Positions 48,233 through 57,983 of a stretch of 64,000 bases of DNA are shown in pieces. This DNA comes from a virus. Taxonomy: Duplodnaviria; Caudoviricetes. The notes under the pieces are model-generated. The model saw only the letters and a list, made by a program, of their open reading frames with translations, searched no databases and was not told the DNA's origin. Position 1 is the stretch's first letter. Each line of letters starts with the position of its first letter. The stretch is from the IMG/VR virus record IMGVR_UViG_3300010163_000012, positions 37,804-101,803 of that record, one strand, 5' to 3'. Made by a program: the position numbers and the translations under genes.

Positions 48233-50575
48233 ATGTGGCATCTTAAATCCATTCACGCTAAAAACCTTTGCTCGTTCTTGGAGCTGGACTATTCTCCAAA
48301 ACAAGGTGCAGCAACACTGATATTCGGCAATAACCTTGATAGCGATTCCCAGAACTCCAATGGTTCCGGAAAATCTGCATTGATAGAAGCTATTGCAATC
48401 GGTCTTACTGGAGAACCTCTTCGCAAAGTAAATGCCGATGAAATTATAAACGACGCTAAAGACGAAGCGACTATTGGCATTGTTCTTACTAATGATACAT
48501 TGGGAGAGCAAATGACAGTGAATCGCTGTTTGTCTCGCAAGCAACCCCAGCAAATTCAAATCATTAAGCAATCTGGTCCATACGATACCGACACTGAAGA
48601 AATCAGCCAAGCTACGGTTGCGGATTACAACAAGTATATTCTTGACCAAATTGGCTTATCTAAGGATGACATTTTCGGCAATTTCATTCTCACCGCTCGT
48701 AAGTACAAATCTTTCCTTGCCAGTTCTGATAAGGAAAAAAAAGAACTCATCAATCGCTTTAGCAATGGCGTTATGGTGGACCAGTCTATCAATGAACTTC
48801 ACGTAGATATGGAACCCATTGAGATGGAGCTCAAAGAAGCAGACAAGGAAGTTGCTACTTGCACCGGTCGTGTTGAAGCATTGGGTACTGAAATCGAAAA
48901 GGCTATCAATGAGTCTGCTGAGCGCAAAGCCTCCAATGAATCCCGCATCAAAAACTGGCAAGAACTGATTGTCCAGAAACGTGCAGATATTCGTACAGCC
49001 AATGACAATATCAATAAGATTGATAAAAGTCTTGGCGATTTGGACGACCTTGATACAGAAATGCAGGAACTTGAAAAAAGCGATAAGGATGTGAAAGAAT
49101 CTCTCAATGCAATCGTTGAACGATTCAAAGCAAACGACCTCGCCTTAACTACAGATTATCTCCACGAGATGATTGTACTTGATTCTCAGTTAGAGGCCGC
49201 TTCCAAAAATGCGAAAGAATTGGCTGTTAAAGCCAAGGAACTCAGTGATGCGTTAGGAGAGCAAGAAAGTGACTACAGCGCAACTCATACAAAGCTCCAA
49301 TCTAAATTGGACAAAAACAGTACAAATCGTACAGAATGTGCTGAGCATTTAGAGAAACTTGCCAAAACTGTCAAACGACTTCAGAATAAAGCGGACTCAT
49401 TGAATAACGATGAGCGTGCCAAAAAACGTGAAGCCGCTTCTCTTGAAAATCAGCTTGCCGGTGTTATCCAGTGTCCAAAATGTAAGCATGAATTTACCCT
49501 CAACGCCCAGTTGGATATTGAAGCAGCTCGGAAAAATCTGAAATCATTGCAAGCCGCTATTGCACAAATTGGTAAAGACCTTATTGAAAATAATAAGGAA
49601 TACAATAAAACGGTGGCCAATGGAAAGAATCAACGGGATATAGAAACAGCGTTGGAAAATGAGCGTAAACAAATTATGCAGGATTCCGAAAAAGCAGAAG
49701 CAGCTATAAAGGAAGCTCGGCAAGTTTGTACGCAATGCGAAGAAAAGGTAAAGAACGCAAACTTTCAACTTTCTACTATTCAAGATAAGATTTCAAAAAT
49801 CCGCAAACGCATCTTTGATGAAGTGTTTGAGACCATTGACGGCGCCTATAAACGCCGTGAGAATCAAATCAAATCCTTAGAAGAGGATGTGAATACTATG
49901 AAAGGTTCTATTGCATCTTATGAAAAGGCAATCGAAGAAGCCCAAAACGCTTCAGAAAAGGATATGTTAGCTTCTCTGAAAAAGAGCCAAGCAGAATATC
50001 AGAAAGCCCTTCAGAAAGCGATAGAAGCAAAGAATGAAGTGGAGAGCAGGCTCAATGAACTGAAAGCTCAAGAAGCGTATTTTATTGAGTTCAAAACATA
50101 CCTCGCAAACACCAAAATCAATGCCATTTCCCAGATTACTAATAAGTTTCTGGAAACTATTGGCAGTGATATACGAGTTGCGCTTTCCGGATATACTATT
50201 TTGAAATCTGGAAAGGTACGCGACAAAATTTCAGTCTCACTTCTTAGAGATGGGGTTGATTGCGGCTCTTTCGAGAAGTTCTCTGCCGGAGAACGTGTAC
50301 GAGTGGAGCTTGCAAGCATCCTTAGTATGAATCAATTGACGAATTTGAATTGCGAAGATGGGAAAGGTCTTGACCTTCTTATCGCGGATGAAGTTCTTGA
50401 CAGCGCAGATGAGCAGGGGCTCGCCAGCGTTTTCAAGGCACTCAACCAAACGCAAATCACTTCATTAGTGGTTAGTCATGGTTTGACCAATGAAGGCTAT
50501 CCCAATAAAATTACTGTAACAAAAAGTAATGGGGTTTCTTCTATTTATGAAACGGCAAACGACAACCACAACTGA
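48233..50575 (+). CDS. SbcC/Rad50-like ATPase (T4 gp46 analogue)
   Basis: Walker A NGSGKS, coiled coils, CPKC zinc hook, FSAGE signature, LLIADE Walker B, VSH. Confidence 0.93.
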   Translation: MWHLKSIHAKNLCSFLELDYSPKQGAATLIFGNNLDSDSQNSNGSGKSALIEAIAIGLTGEPLRKVNADEIINDAKDEATIGIVLTNDTLGEQMTVNRCLSRKQPQQIQIIKQSGPYDTDTEEISQATVADYNKYILDQIGLSKDDIFGNFILTARKYKSFLASSDKEKKELINRFSNGVMVDQSINELHVDMEPIEMELKEADKEVATCTGRVEALGTEIEKAINESAERKASNESRIKNWQELIVQKRADIRTANDNINKIDKSLGDLDDLDTEMQELEKSDKDVKESLNAIVERFKANDLALTTDYLHEMIVLDSQLEAASKNAKELAVKAKELSDALGEQESDYSATHTKLQSKLDKNSTNRTECAEHLEKLAKTVKRLQNKADSLNNDERAKKREAASLENQLAGVIQCPKCKHEFTLNAQLDIEAARKNLKSLQAAIAQIGKDLIENNKEYNKTVANGKNQRDIETALENERKQIMQDSEKAEAAIKEARQVCTQCEEKVKNANFQLSTIQDKISKIRKRIFDEVFETIDGAYKRRENQIKSLEEDVNTMKGSIASYEKAIEEAQNASEKDMLASLKKSQAEYQKALQKAIEAKNEVESRLNELKAQEAYFIEFKTYLANTKINAISQITNKFLETIGSDIRVALSGYTILKSGKVRDKISVSLLRDGVDCGSFEKFSAGERVRVELASILSMNQLTNLNCEDGKGLDLLIADEVLDSADEQGLASVFKALNQTQITSLVVSHGLTNEGYPNKITVTKSNGVSSIYETANDNHN

Positions 50576-51035
50576 AAAACTTACTCGGAATGAAGTAGCT
50601 GCACTTGACATCGCAACGCATACTGGCTTCTTCTGTTTGAATGAACGTGGCACATGGGATTTTACGGAATCTATGCGCCGGAACAACAACAAACAACACA
50701 AAGCTTTCCGTGACACGTTGATTGATTTCATCCAGCGTAACGGAATTAAGCAAATAGTAGCTGAGGATGTCAGCGTAAATAATCACTTTACTGACACGCG
50801 CAAACTTTCCGAGTTTCGTGGAATTTTATTCGAGGTGTGCGACACCCTCGATCTTCCAGAGCCTCACTTCATTAATCCGGCATCCCTTAAAAAGTTTGCC
50901 ACTGGAGATGGAAAGGCTACAAAAGCAAAAATGATTGAGTTTTGTAAACTCAGATGGCAAATTGAGCCCGGCGATGATAATGAGGCCGACGCAATCCACA
51001 TATTCTTCTGTTATATCAAGCGTTTTAACCTCTAA
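50547..51035 (+). CDS. RuvC-like Holliday junction resolvase
   Basis: ALDIAT.TG, VAED, LKKFATG.GKATK..M and DNEADA motifs. Confidence 0.85.
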   Translation: MKRQTTTTTEKLTRNEVAALDIATHTGFFCLNERGTWDFTESMRRNNNKQHKAFRDTLIDFIQRNGIKQIVAEDVSVNNHFTDTRKLSEFRGILFEVCDTLDLPEPHFINPASLKKFATGDGKATKAKMIEFCKLRWQIEPGDDNEADAIHIFFCYIKRFNL

Positions 51036-51037
51036 TC

Positions 51038-51307
51038 ATGCAACAGTCAGTTAATAACAATGTCTTCTTAAAGAAAGGCAAAAAACACAAGAAGGTTCTA
51101 AACAGGCATCTTAAAGAGTTCTATCAATTACTGGACTCCAAGCCAAAACCTTCCAACGAGAAAGTTCGAGCTGAGTTCATAAGACATGAAGCTGAGTGGC
51201 GCTTACATTGTGTCACCCACCGTCTTGGGGCACGTATAGCAGATTTGTTTAATGCTAATGTGTCGCTCGCATGGGAACAAAAGTACACTCTACCGAACAA
51301 AAAGTAG
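51038..51307 (+). CDS. Hypothetical protein
   Basis: ORF coupled to both neighbours in the operon. Confidence 0.6.
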   Translation: MQQSVNNNVFLKKGKKHKKVLNRHLKEFYQLLDSKPKPSNEKVRAEFIRHEAEWRLHCVTHRLGARIADLFNANVSLAWEQKYTLPNKK

Positions 51308-51921
51308 ATGTCGATTGCCTTCCAGAAGTAATAGCCCGCAGAACAGCTCTCTTCAATCAATACGTCCTGCCTTTTGCTAATATGATATACAAATTATGTA
51401 AGGATTATAGTTGGAGCCCGCAAAATGTTGAAGAGAACTATTCTGAGGTTATGGTGAATTTCTATCGAAGAATAGAGACATACGATCCGAACCGGCCAAT
51501 AAGAACGTGGATTCACATTTGTGTAAAGCGTCAGGTCTGGGCCTGTGAACGACAGCGAAACGTCCATAACAACAAGAGCGATGACAATGACATTGATGAT
51601 TATAGAGACGACCTATTGGGTGATGATCATGTCAGTGAAAATGTATTGGGCGTGGACAACTGGCGTGAGCATTACAGCTCTGATATAGTTGAAGTAATTG
51701 ATGAGTTAAAACCACGATACCGAGATGCACTGATACTCCAAGAAGCAGGATATTCGCTAAAAGAAATTGCAGAGATAGAATATGCCAAAGGTTCATTGAA
51801 GACACTCAACATTGATACTATAAAAAGCCGACTTAGGTTGGCAAGACAATATTTAAGAAGCAACCTTACTAAAGATGGTCAACGAATACCTCATCAAGCA
51901 GACCCTGAAGATGTTCCATGA
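51271..51921 (+). CDS. Sigma-70 family (ECF-like) RNA polymerase sigma factor
   Basis: Region 2 EENYSEV...FYRRIETYDP...RTWIH and region 4 L.P.YRDALIL...GYSLKEIAE...TIKSRLRLAR. Confidence 0.85.
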   Translation: MGTKVHSTEQKVDVDCLPEVIARRTALFNQYVLPFANMIYKLCKDYSWSPQNVEENYSEVMVNFYRRIETYDPNRPIRTWIHICVKRQVWACERQRNVHNNKSDDNDIDDYRDDLLGDDHVSENVLGVDNWREHYSSDIVEVIDELKPRYRDALILQEAGYSLKEIAEIEYAKGSLKTLNIDTIKSRLRLARQYLRSNLTKDGQRIPHQADPEDVP

Positions 51922-52465
51922 GATTGTCGTTAAGCTCATACATTCAGGTTATCGGTTTCCGAAAGGCGGAGAACCGACAAGAGTTATGCGTACAGCTCTC
52001 CAACGGGTTGAAAAGAAATATGGTGCGCTTACAGCCAAAAGAATAGTTGATTATGTGGTGTGTTCATCTTATGCCTTCAAAGATAGGGGCTCTAATTGGA
52101 AATTGAATCAAATATTTGGACCAAAATCCCTTGAACGATTCAACTCTGACAAAGGTCGCATATACTTTGAAAATAAATGGCTGGAATCCAAAGACCTAAG
52201 CCGGTCGTCGTTGCTAAATATGATTGTTGACCGTAGTGAACATCCCAAGGCAAAATTCATTTTTGTACCCAGTGAAGAAGGTACGAAACAACGGCTGCTT
52301 AATAGAGAAGTCGGTTTTGTTATCTGCCAAACCTCCACATTGGGATGGTCTCCACTGTCAACAGCATGTTCAGAGTGTCATTTTGTCGCGAAATGTAAAA
52401 CAGAAACTCAAAAGAAATATCCGGAGATTTTCCGATTAAGAATAGAATATGTCAACAAACAATAA
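51875..52465 (+). CDS. Hypothetical protein with C-terminal Cys cluster
   Basis: C...C..C....C near the C-terminus. Directly upstream of the helicase. Confidence 0.6.
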   Translation: MVNEYLIKQTLKMFHEIVVKLIHSGYRFPKGGEPTRVMRTALQRVEKKYGALTAKRIVDYVVCSSYAFKDRGSNWKLNQIFGPKSLERFNSDKGRIYFENKWLESKDLSRSSLLNMIVDRSEHPKAKFIFVPSEEGTKQRLLNREVGFVICQTSTLGWSPLSTACSECHFVAKCKTETQKKYPEIFRLRIEYVNKQ

Positions 52466-53795
52466 AACAAACGTCCTTTCGGAAGCTTTCATCGAAGATT
52501 TATTCGTCACTTGTATTGAGGACAGTTATATTCTTTCGATGGTATGCGAGCACCTGGAGGAAGAACATCTTCCAGACCGCAATACGGCAGCCGTCCTCAA
52601 AGCTTTTAAGGACTATTATAGAGAATATAAGCGAGTGCCGAATTACTCCATAATTCAGCAAAAACTTGCCGGAAAAAACGGCGCACTTAGATTCTGGAAG
52701 GATGCCTATGACAATGGTGAGGCATTCGCCACTGATGAGTGCCTTGGACTGCTTGAAGAGTATCTGAAACGTGTTGAATTTCAAAAAGCGTATAAGAAAG
52801 TTGGTGAAGTTTACAATCGTGAAGGGTTGGATAGTGCCCAGCAACTACTTGCAAAGCATGTGGACTGGATGCGTACTTTTTCTTTGACAGAATCGACTTA
52901 TACAGATGTGATTGACACCTTTACTACACGCCATATTCAAAATCGTGCCAAGAACAATTCACGTGGTGCCATACGTGCTATCACGCGCTTTTATATTGAT
53001 GAGCTGGACAACCTTAACCAAGATAGGGACTTGCGTGGTCAGCTCTCTTGTATTTTGGCTCCGACAGGCATTGGTAAGAGCCACGCAGCCCGTTGGATTG
53101 GTTCTCAGGCTTGTATCGATGGCTTTAACGTACTCCATTTCCAATTAGAGGGTAGTCGGGAAGAAGTGGAAAACGCATATTCAGCAGCACTTGTCGCATG
53201 TAATGCCTATAGTTATGAAAAGGGATTTATCAAGGACAAGGATATGGATGCTTTTGCAAAAGAACTTGAAAGTATTGCCGGAAAACTTTATGTAAGAAGT
53301 TACCCTAAATTTAATCAGCACGTTTCCACCATTAACATCAAGGAAGCTATTGCTGAATTTCGCAAGAATTACGGTGTTAAGCCTGACATCATTCTCATTG
53401 ATTCTATGGATTTGCTAAATGATTCATCAGGCCGTAAATATGGTGATAGCGGTGAACGTCTGAAGCGCATTGCCGTAGCCAATGACCTAAAAGATATTGC
53501 CAGTGAGGAAGAAGTGTGGGTAGTAACCACTTACCAAGCTCGTATCGAAAATCCTGACTGGATAAATGACGAGAAGAACGTGTTAACAGAATATTCTTCT
53601 TCGGAAGCAAAGGGTATCGCCCAACCACTTACTCATTTAATTACACTAAATCAATCAGCGAACGAACGGCGTGAAAAGACAATGAGAATCCATGTTGCTA
53701 AAAGCCGTTTTTTTCCAAAAGGAGACACGTTTAAGATAGCTACAGATTACGACCATGAAAGGTTCTTTGATCGCCAGCGAACAGCAAATCTTTAA
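52449..53795 (+). CDS. Replicative DNA helicase (DnaB/T4 gp41-like)
   Basis: Walker A APTGIGKS, VLHFQLEG, PDIILIDSMDLL, TTYQ, KSR. Confidence 0.9.
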   Translation: MSTNNKTNVLSEAFIEDLFVTCIEDSYILSMVCEHLEEEHLPDRNTAAVLKAFKDYYREYKRVPNYSIIQQKLAGKNGALRFWKDAYDNGEAFATDECLGLLEEYLKRVEFQKAYKKVGEVYNREGLDSAQQLLAKHVDWMRTFSLTESTYTDVIDTFTTRHIQNRAKNNSRGAIRAITRFYIDELDNLNQDRDLRGQLSCILAPTGIGKSHAARWIGSQACIDGFNVLHFQLEGSREEVENAYSAALVACNAYSYEKGFIKDKDMDAFAKELESIAGKLYVRSYPKFNQHVSTINIKEAIAEFRKNYGVKPDIILIDSMDLLNDSSGRKYGDSGERLKRIAVANDLKDIASEEEVWVVTTYQARIENPDWINDEKNVLTEYSSSEAKGIAQPLTHLITLNQSANERREKTMRIHVAKSRFFPKGDTFKIATDYDHERFFDRQRTANL

Positions 53796-53809
53796 TATAT
53801 GGATGTGTT

Positions 53810-54856
53810 ATGTATATAAGTAAGGAAGATAAGGAATATTTGATGCGTGAGCTTCAGACTGAACTTCACGCAAGACTTGACGGAGGTCGCAAGAATTTAA
53901 TTGTGCCAGAATGTGTATGGTGTGGTAAAACAGGGGGAAAGTTGGGTATTTATGTCGGCTCGGAAAAGAATGGAAAAACATTCGGTATGGCCCATTGCTT
54001 TTCTTGTGGCAAGACTTGTAAGGATATTAACCGATTTGTTGAAGAAATTGGCCGACTGGATTTGCAAATCAAAGACACCGCTAAATTTACTCCTATAGAA
54101 ATGCCTGAGTTCTTCAATTTGGAAGAAGATGAGATTGACGACGAACTTGTGGTTGTAGAAATGCCTGAAGCTTGGAAACGTTGTTTTAAAAATCCATATC
54201 TGAAATCTCGTGGATTTACTGTTGATGACTACGCCTATTTTCCAGTTGGAACAACTCGTGGGTTGAACTTTAAGTTTGACGACTATGTGATATTTCCAAT
54301 ATATGATGAAGGTGATATTGTCGGGTATGTGTCCAGACACGTGTGGAAAAAAAGTGATATTGACGAGTATAATGATAAGGCAAAACGTAACAATAAGTAT
54401 CAAATTCGTCGATATAACAACAGTATTGAAAATGATTTTGTCAAGCTCTTATACAACTACGACTCTGTAATTGAGGATGAAACTGACACTGTAATATTGG
54501 TGGAGGGCATATTTGATGTCATTGCTCTTACACGCAAACTTGACTTGTATGACAACCATCGTATTGTGGCGGTTTGCACATTTGGAAAGAAAATCAGCGA
54601 TACCCAAATCTATAAACTTCAGAGTAAGGGGGTTCGTGACATCATTATAGGCTATGATACTGATGCGTCTGACGCCATCAATGTAGCCGCCGATAAATTG
54701 AATGAGTATTTCGACAATGTAATAATTGCAAAACTTGTGGGTGAAGGAAAAGATTGGGATGAAGCCAATTTTTGGGACATCTATGACACCTTCTCAGAAT
54801 CTCTTTTTACTCCAATCGAATATAAATTAAGTAACGTAGATGGCAAAATCAGATAG
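53810..54856 (+). CDS. DNA primase (DnaG-like)
   Basis: Zinc finger CVWC...HCFSC, YLKSRG, TOPRIM LVEGIFD and GYDTD, KDW. Confidence 0.9.
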   Translation: MYISKEDKEYLMRELQTELHARLDGGRKNLIVPECVWCGKTGGKLGIYVGSEKNGKTFGMAHCFSCGKTCKDINRFVEEIGRLDLQIKDTAKFTPIEMPEFFNLEEDEIDDELVVVEMPEAWKRCFKNPYLKSRGFTVDDYAYFPVGTTRGLNFKFDDYVIFPIYDEGDIVGYVSRHVWKKSDIDEYNDKAKRNNKYQIRRYNNSIENDFVKLLYNYDSVIEDETDTVILVEGIFDVIALTRKLDLYDNHRIVAVCTFGKKISDTQIYKLQSKGVRDIIIGYDTDASDAINVAADKLNEYFDNVIIAKLVGEGKDWDEANFWDIYDTFSESLFTPIEYKLSNVDGKIR

Positions 54857-56573
54857 AATAACAGAACTATACGAGTGGCTTGAGAACAATAAAATTAAGT
54901 ACACCCTTGTGGATTCGGATGTGGTTGATATTCCTGGATTCGGAAAGGCTTACTTCCAAGATACTCAGCGTTCAACCTATAATTCCATTTTTCGCAAAGA
55001 CGTGGATGGTAATTTTATCTTTAATAGTATGGTACGTCCGGAAGAATTGCTGAATGATGGCATTGAAAATATCGTATTCAAATTTGGTGATAATTTTTAT
55101 TACCATAACCTCAATCAAGATTTCAAACTGAATATCTTGAAATACGTTGGTGAGCGCACCCCACTTCAACATAACATTCCATTTGTCAATCTTGGGGTGC
55201 ATACTCCTTTTGAACTTTTAAATGGGAGTTTTATGCCGGAAGAATGGATTCGCAAAGCAAAATACCTTGGGCATACGGCACTTGGAATTTGCGATTACAA
55301 TACAATGGCCGCTTGTTTTATCTTTCAGAAAGAATGTGATATAGCCGGAATTAAACCGGTGTTTGGCTATTCTCTTACAGTGACGGCTGAAGGGTTTAAT
55401 TTCGATGCGAAGGTATATGTTCAGACACAGCGTGGTTTCCGTAATCTGCTCCGGATTCAAAAAGCTATTATGGTTGACAATGTAAAAGACAAGACCATTG
55501 ACATCTCAGAGCTCTTGAATCGAGCAGAAGGAAATGTTCTTGTTCTTGACAAATATGCGCCTACTTTCTTTGCAGGTAACGAAAACATTATTGGCGCTTT
55601 GACAAAGGCTTTTGACGGTATTTACTATCAGGTCGATTTGTCTGAATACAAAGCTGAACGCATCGATATTAAAGTACTGGAAGCCACTAAAAAATACTTC
55701 CATGAGTGGTATGATAACTTGAATATGCCTCGCCCTATTCTGTTAAGTGACGCATATTACCTCGACACCGATGACGCGAAAAATAAAATCATTCTCAACA
55801 AAGTGGCAGAGGGCGCCGCGCATGAGCAAAGTAACGACCAGTATTTTAAGGATGCAGATGAGCACTATGCTTTGTTTGAAGCCCTGTTTGGAGATGATTG
55901 GGATATAGAAGAGCTGTTCCGTGAATGTGCGGAGAACACGTTTGCCATCGCAGATCATGCCGAGGGTCGAATGGACACCACCAGAAACTATATGCCGAAA
56001 TATGACATGACTCAGCAAGAGCAAGCAAAGTATGGTACAACGCACAATATGTTCAATCAACTCTTGGAGGAAGGGCTTCAGCGTCTTGCCCCTAAAGATA
56101 AAATAGAGCAATATCGGAAGCAGATGGAATATGAAAAGTACATCATTGAATCTACTGACAACGTGGATTATCTGCTTGTACAATATGACACCTGTAATTG
56201 GGCTCGTAAGAATAACATTTTTGTAGGTTGTGGCCGTGGTTCTGCCGCCGGTTCGCTACTTCTTTATTTGCTTGGTATTACTCTTATAGATCCCATTAAA
56301 TACAATCTCATCTTCGAGCGTTTCTTGCTTCCAGAACGTGCCGGGCTATTGCCAGCAGATACTACAATTATTGGCAACGACATTGATTCCAATCGCTATT
56401 TTGAACTGACTTTGGACAATGGAAAGACTATTAAGGTCGATTGTGATGCAGAGTTTATGGTTCTGCGTGCTGGTGAAGATGAACCAATTAGAATCTATGC
56501 CGACGAGCTTCAAAAGGGTGATGAAATTATCTTTGATAATAAGGATATTCTTTTTACAATCAACGAGTTATAA
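54840..56573 (+). CDS. dnaE: DNA polymerase III alpha, N-terminal half (PHP and palm part) ending in a degenerate Hint-N fragment
   Basis: PHP domain, EQYFK-like DQYFK, YLL.QYD...WA, GCGRGSAAGSLLLYLLGIT.IDPIKY.L.FERFL.PER. Confidence 0.92.
   Translation: MAKSDRITELYEWLENNKIKYTLVDSDVVDIPGFGKAYFQDTQRSTYNSIFRKDVDGNFIFNSMVRPEELLNDGIENIVFKFGDNFYYHNLNQDFKLNILKYVGERTPLQHNIPFVNLGVHTPFELLNGSFMPEEWIRKAKYLGHTALGICDYNTMAACFIFQKECDIAGIKPVFGYSLTVTAEGFNFDAKVYVQTQRGFRNLLRIQKAIMVDNVKDKTIDISELLNRAEGNVLVLDKYAPTFFAGNENIIGALTKAFDGIYYQVDLSEYKAERIDIKVLEATKKYFHEWYDNLNMPRPILLSDAYYLDTDDAKNKIILNKVAEGAAHEQSNDQYFKDADEHYALFEALFGDDWDIEELFRECAENTFAIADHAEGRMDTTRNYMPKYDMTQQEQAKYGTTHNMFNQLLEEGLQRLAPKDKIEQYRKQMEYEKYIIESTDNVDYLLVQYDTCNWARKNNIFVGCGRGSAAGSLLLYLLGITLIDPIKYNLIFERFLLPERAGLLPADTTIIGNDIDSNRYFELTLDNGKTIKVDCDAEFMVLRAGEDEPIRIYADELQKGDEIIFDNKDILFTINEL
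56346..56570 (+). other. Degenerate split-intein N-fragment (Hint-N-like)
   Basis: LLPADTTI (block A-like, no Cys1), FELTLDNGKTIKVDCDAEFMV (block B-like, no TxxH), YADELQKGDEI. Confidence 0.65.
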
Positions 56574-56575
56574 TT

Positions 56576-57901
56576 ATGGAACTGACAGACGAAATGAGCC
56601 GTGCGTTTCAAATCATAGAAGAAACGACAGACAGCCTCTTCATTACAGGTAAGGCTGGAACCGGGAAGACTACATTCCTGAAGTACATAGTTGAACACAC
56701 ACATAAAAATATCATTGTGGCTGCATCGACAGGGATTGCAGCTGTCAATGCCGGAGGCGTGACGTTACATAGTTTGTTCGGAATCCCGTTTGACTTGCAG
56801 GGGCCTAATTCTCCCATTAAAGGGAAATTATACCTAAACAAATTTGACTTGTTTGGGAAACTTGATACACTGATCATTGATGAAGCCAGCATGGTTCGTC
56901 CTGATGTATTAGACTATGTGGACCGGAAGTTGAGACTCTATCGCATGAGCGAATTACCTTTTGGAAGTATTCAAATTGTATTGTTCGGAGACTTATTTCA
57001 GTTGCCACCGGTCATTAAGAAAAATGAAGAAATCATTCTTCACCAGTGGTATCGTGGAAAGTACTTTTTCCATTCTCATGCGCTTAGAGAAACTGGATTC
57101 CAGATTGTCGAGCTTACCAAAGTGTTCCGTCAGAAAGATGAGCGATTTGTGAATATGCTGAATCGCATACGAGAATATCGGCTTCTTCCAATGGATATTG
57201 ATGACCTGAGTGAATTGCGGGATAATCGTGAAAGCAAGGACTTCAATACGCAAGCTATTCATATCTGTTCTTTGCGCCGTGATGCCGACAAAATCAATAA
57301 TCAAATGATAGGGGAGGCATCACACTCGTTTGCTGCTGAGTTCAAAGACTCCTTCAACCCTCAAAATGCGCCCTGCGATTTGAATTTGAAGCTACGTGTC
57401 GGTGCTCGTGTAATGACACTGGTGAACGATAATCAACAGGGATTTTACAACGGCTCTATGGGAACTGTCAGTTGGATTAGTGCCACTCAAATTGGAGTAC
57501 TGTTAGATACCAGCCAGGAAATAATCGTTGAGCCATACATTTGGGTTGACCGTGAATATAAGGTCAATGGGAATAAAATAGAGACAATAGAAAAAGGAAG
57601 CTGTAGGCAATTCCCGCTTGCTCTTGGATGGGCTATTACAATCCATAAAAGTCAAGGCTTGACATTCGATAACATTGTGGTTCATTGTCCTTATACGTTT
57701 GCTCCAGGAATGTTATATGTAGCGTTAAGCAGATGCACTTCTATGAAAGGAATTGTCACAGATTTCTTTATCAATAAAAGATCCATCATCAAAGACAAGG
57801 AACTCATCGCTTTCACCAAAATTTGCCAGAATAACGGAAATAAGTTTAATCTGGATGTATATCGTGCCATTTGTAGAAGTTTGTGCTATGAAGATAATTA
57901 A
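56576..57901 (+). CDS. Pif1/RecD-like SF1B helicase
   Basis: FITGKAGTGKT, ASTGIAA, TLHSLF, IIDEASMV, GDLFQLPPV, LTKVFRQ, QFPL.LGWAITIHKSQG, YVALSR. Confidence 0.93.
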   Translation: MELTDEMSRAFQIIEETTDSLFITGKAGTGKTTFLKYIVEHTHKNIIVAASTGIAAVNAGGVTLHSLFGIPFDLQGPNSPIKGKLYLNKFDLFGKLDTLIIDEASMVRPDVLDYVDRKLRLYRMSELPFGSIQIVLFGDLFQLPPVIKKNEEIILHQWYRGKYFFHSHALRETGFQIVELTKVFRQKDERFVNMLNRIREYRLLPMDIDDLSELRDNRESKDFNTQAIHICSLRRDADKINNQMIGEASHSFAAEFKDSFNPQNAPCDLNLKLRVGARVMTLVNDNQQGFYNGSMGTVSWISATQIGVLLDTSQEIIVEPYIWVDREYKVNGNKIETIEKGSCRQFPLALGWAITIHKSQGLTFDNIVVHCPYTFAPGMLYVALSRCTSMKGIVTDFFINKRSIIKDKELIAFTKICQNNGNKFNLDVYRAICRSLCYEDN

Positions 57902-57983
57902 GATACAAGAATACAATACGAAGCGTCCAGTGAAAGTACTGGATTGTTTCGTTGACTCCGGCTATATCAAGAAAGAGCATGGG
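57888..57983 (+). other. Degenerate split-intein C-fragment (Hint-C-like)
   Basis: MKIIKIQEY......VLDCFV (block F-like) ... EHG followed by Ser+1. The canonical junction is HN/S. Confidence 0.65.

Noticed and set aside
57753-57887. Longer start for dnaE-C given in the ORF track
   Set aside because: It would overlap the helicase by about 150 nt. ATG 57888 gives an IntC-like MKIIKI start and a short coupled overlap.
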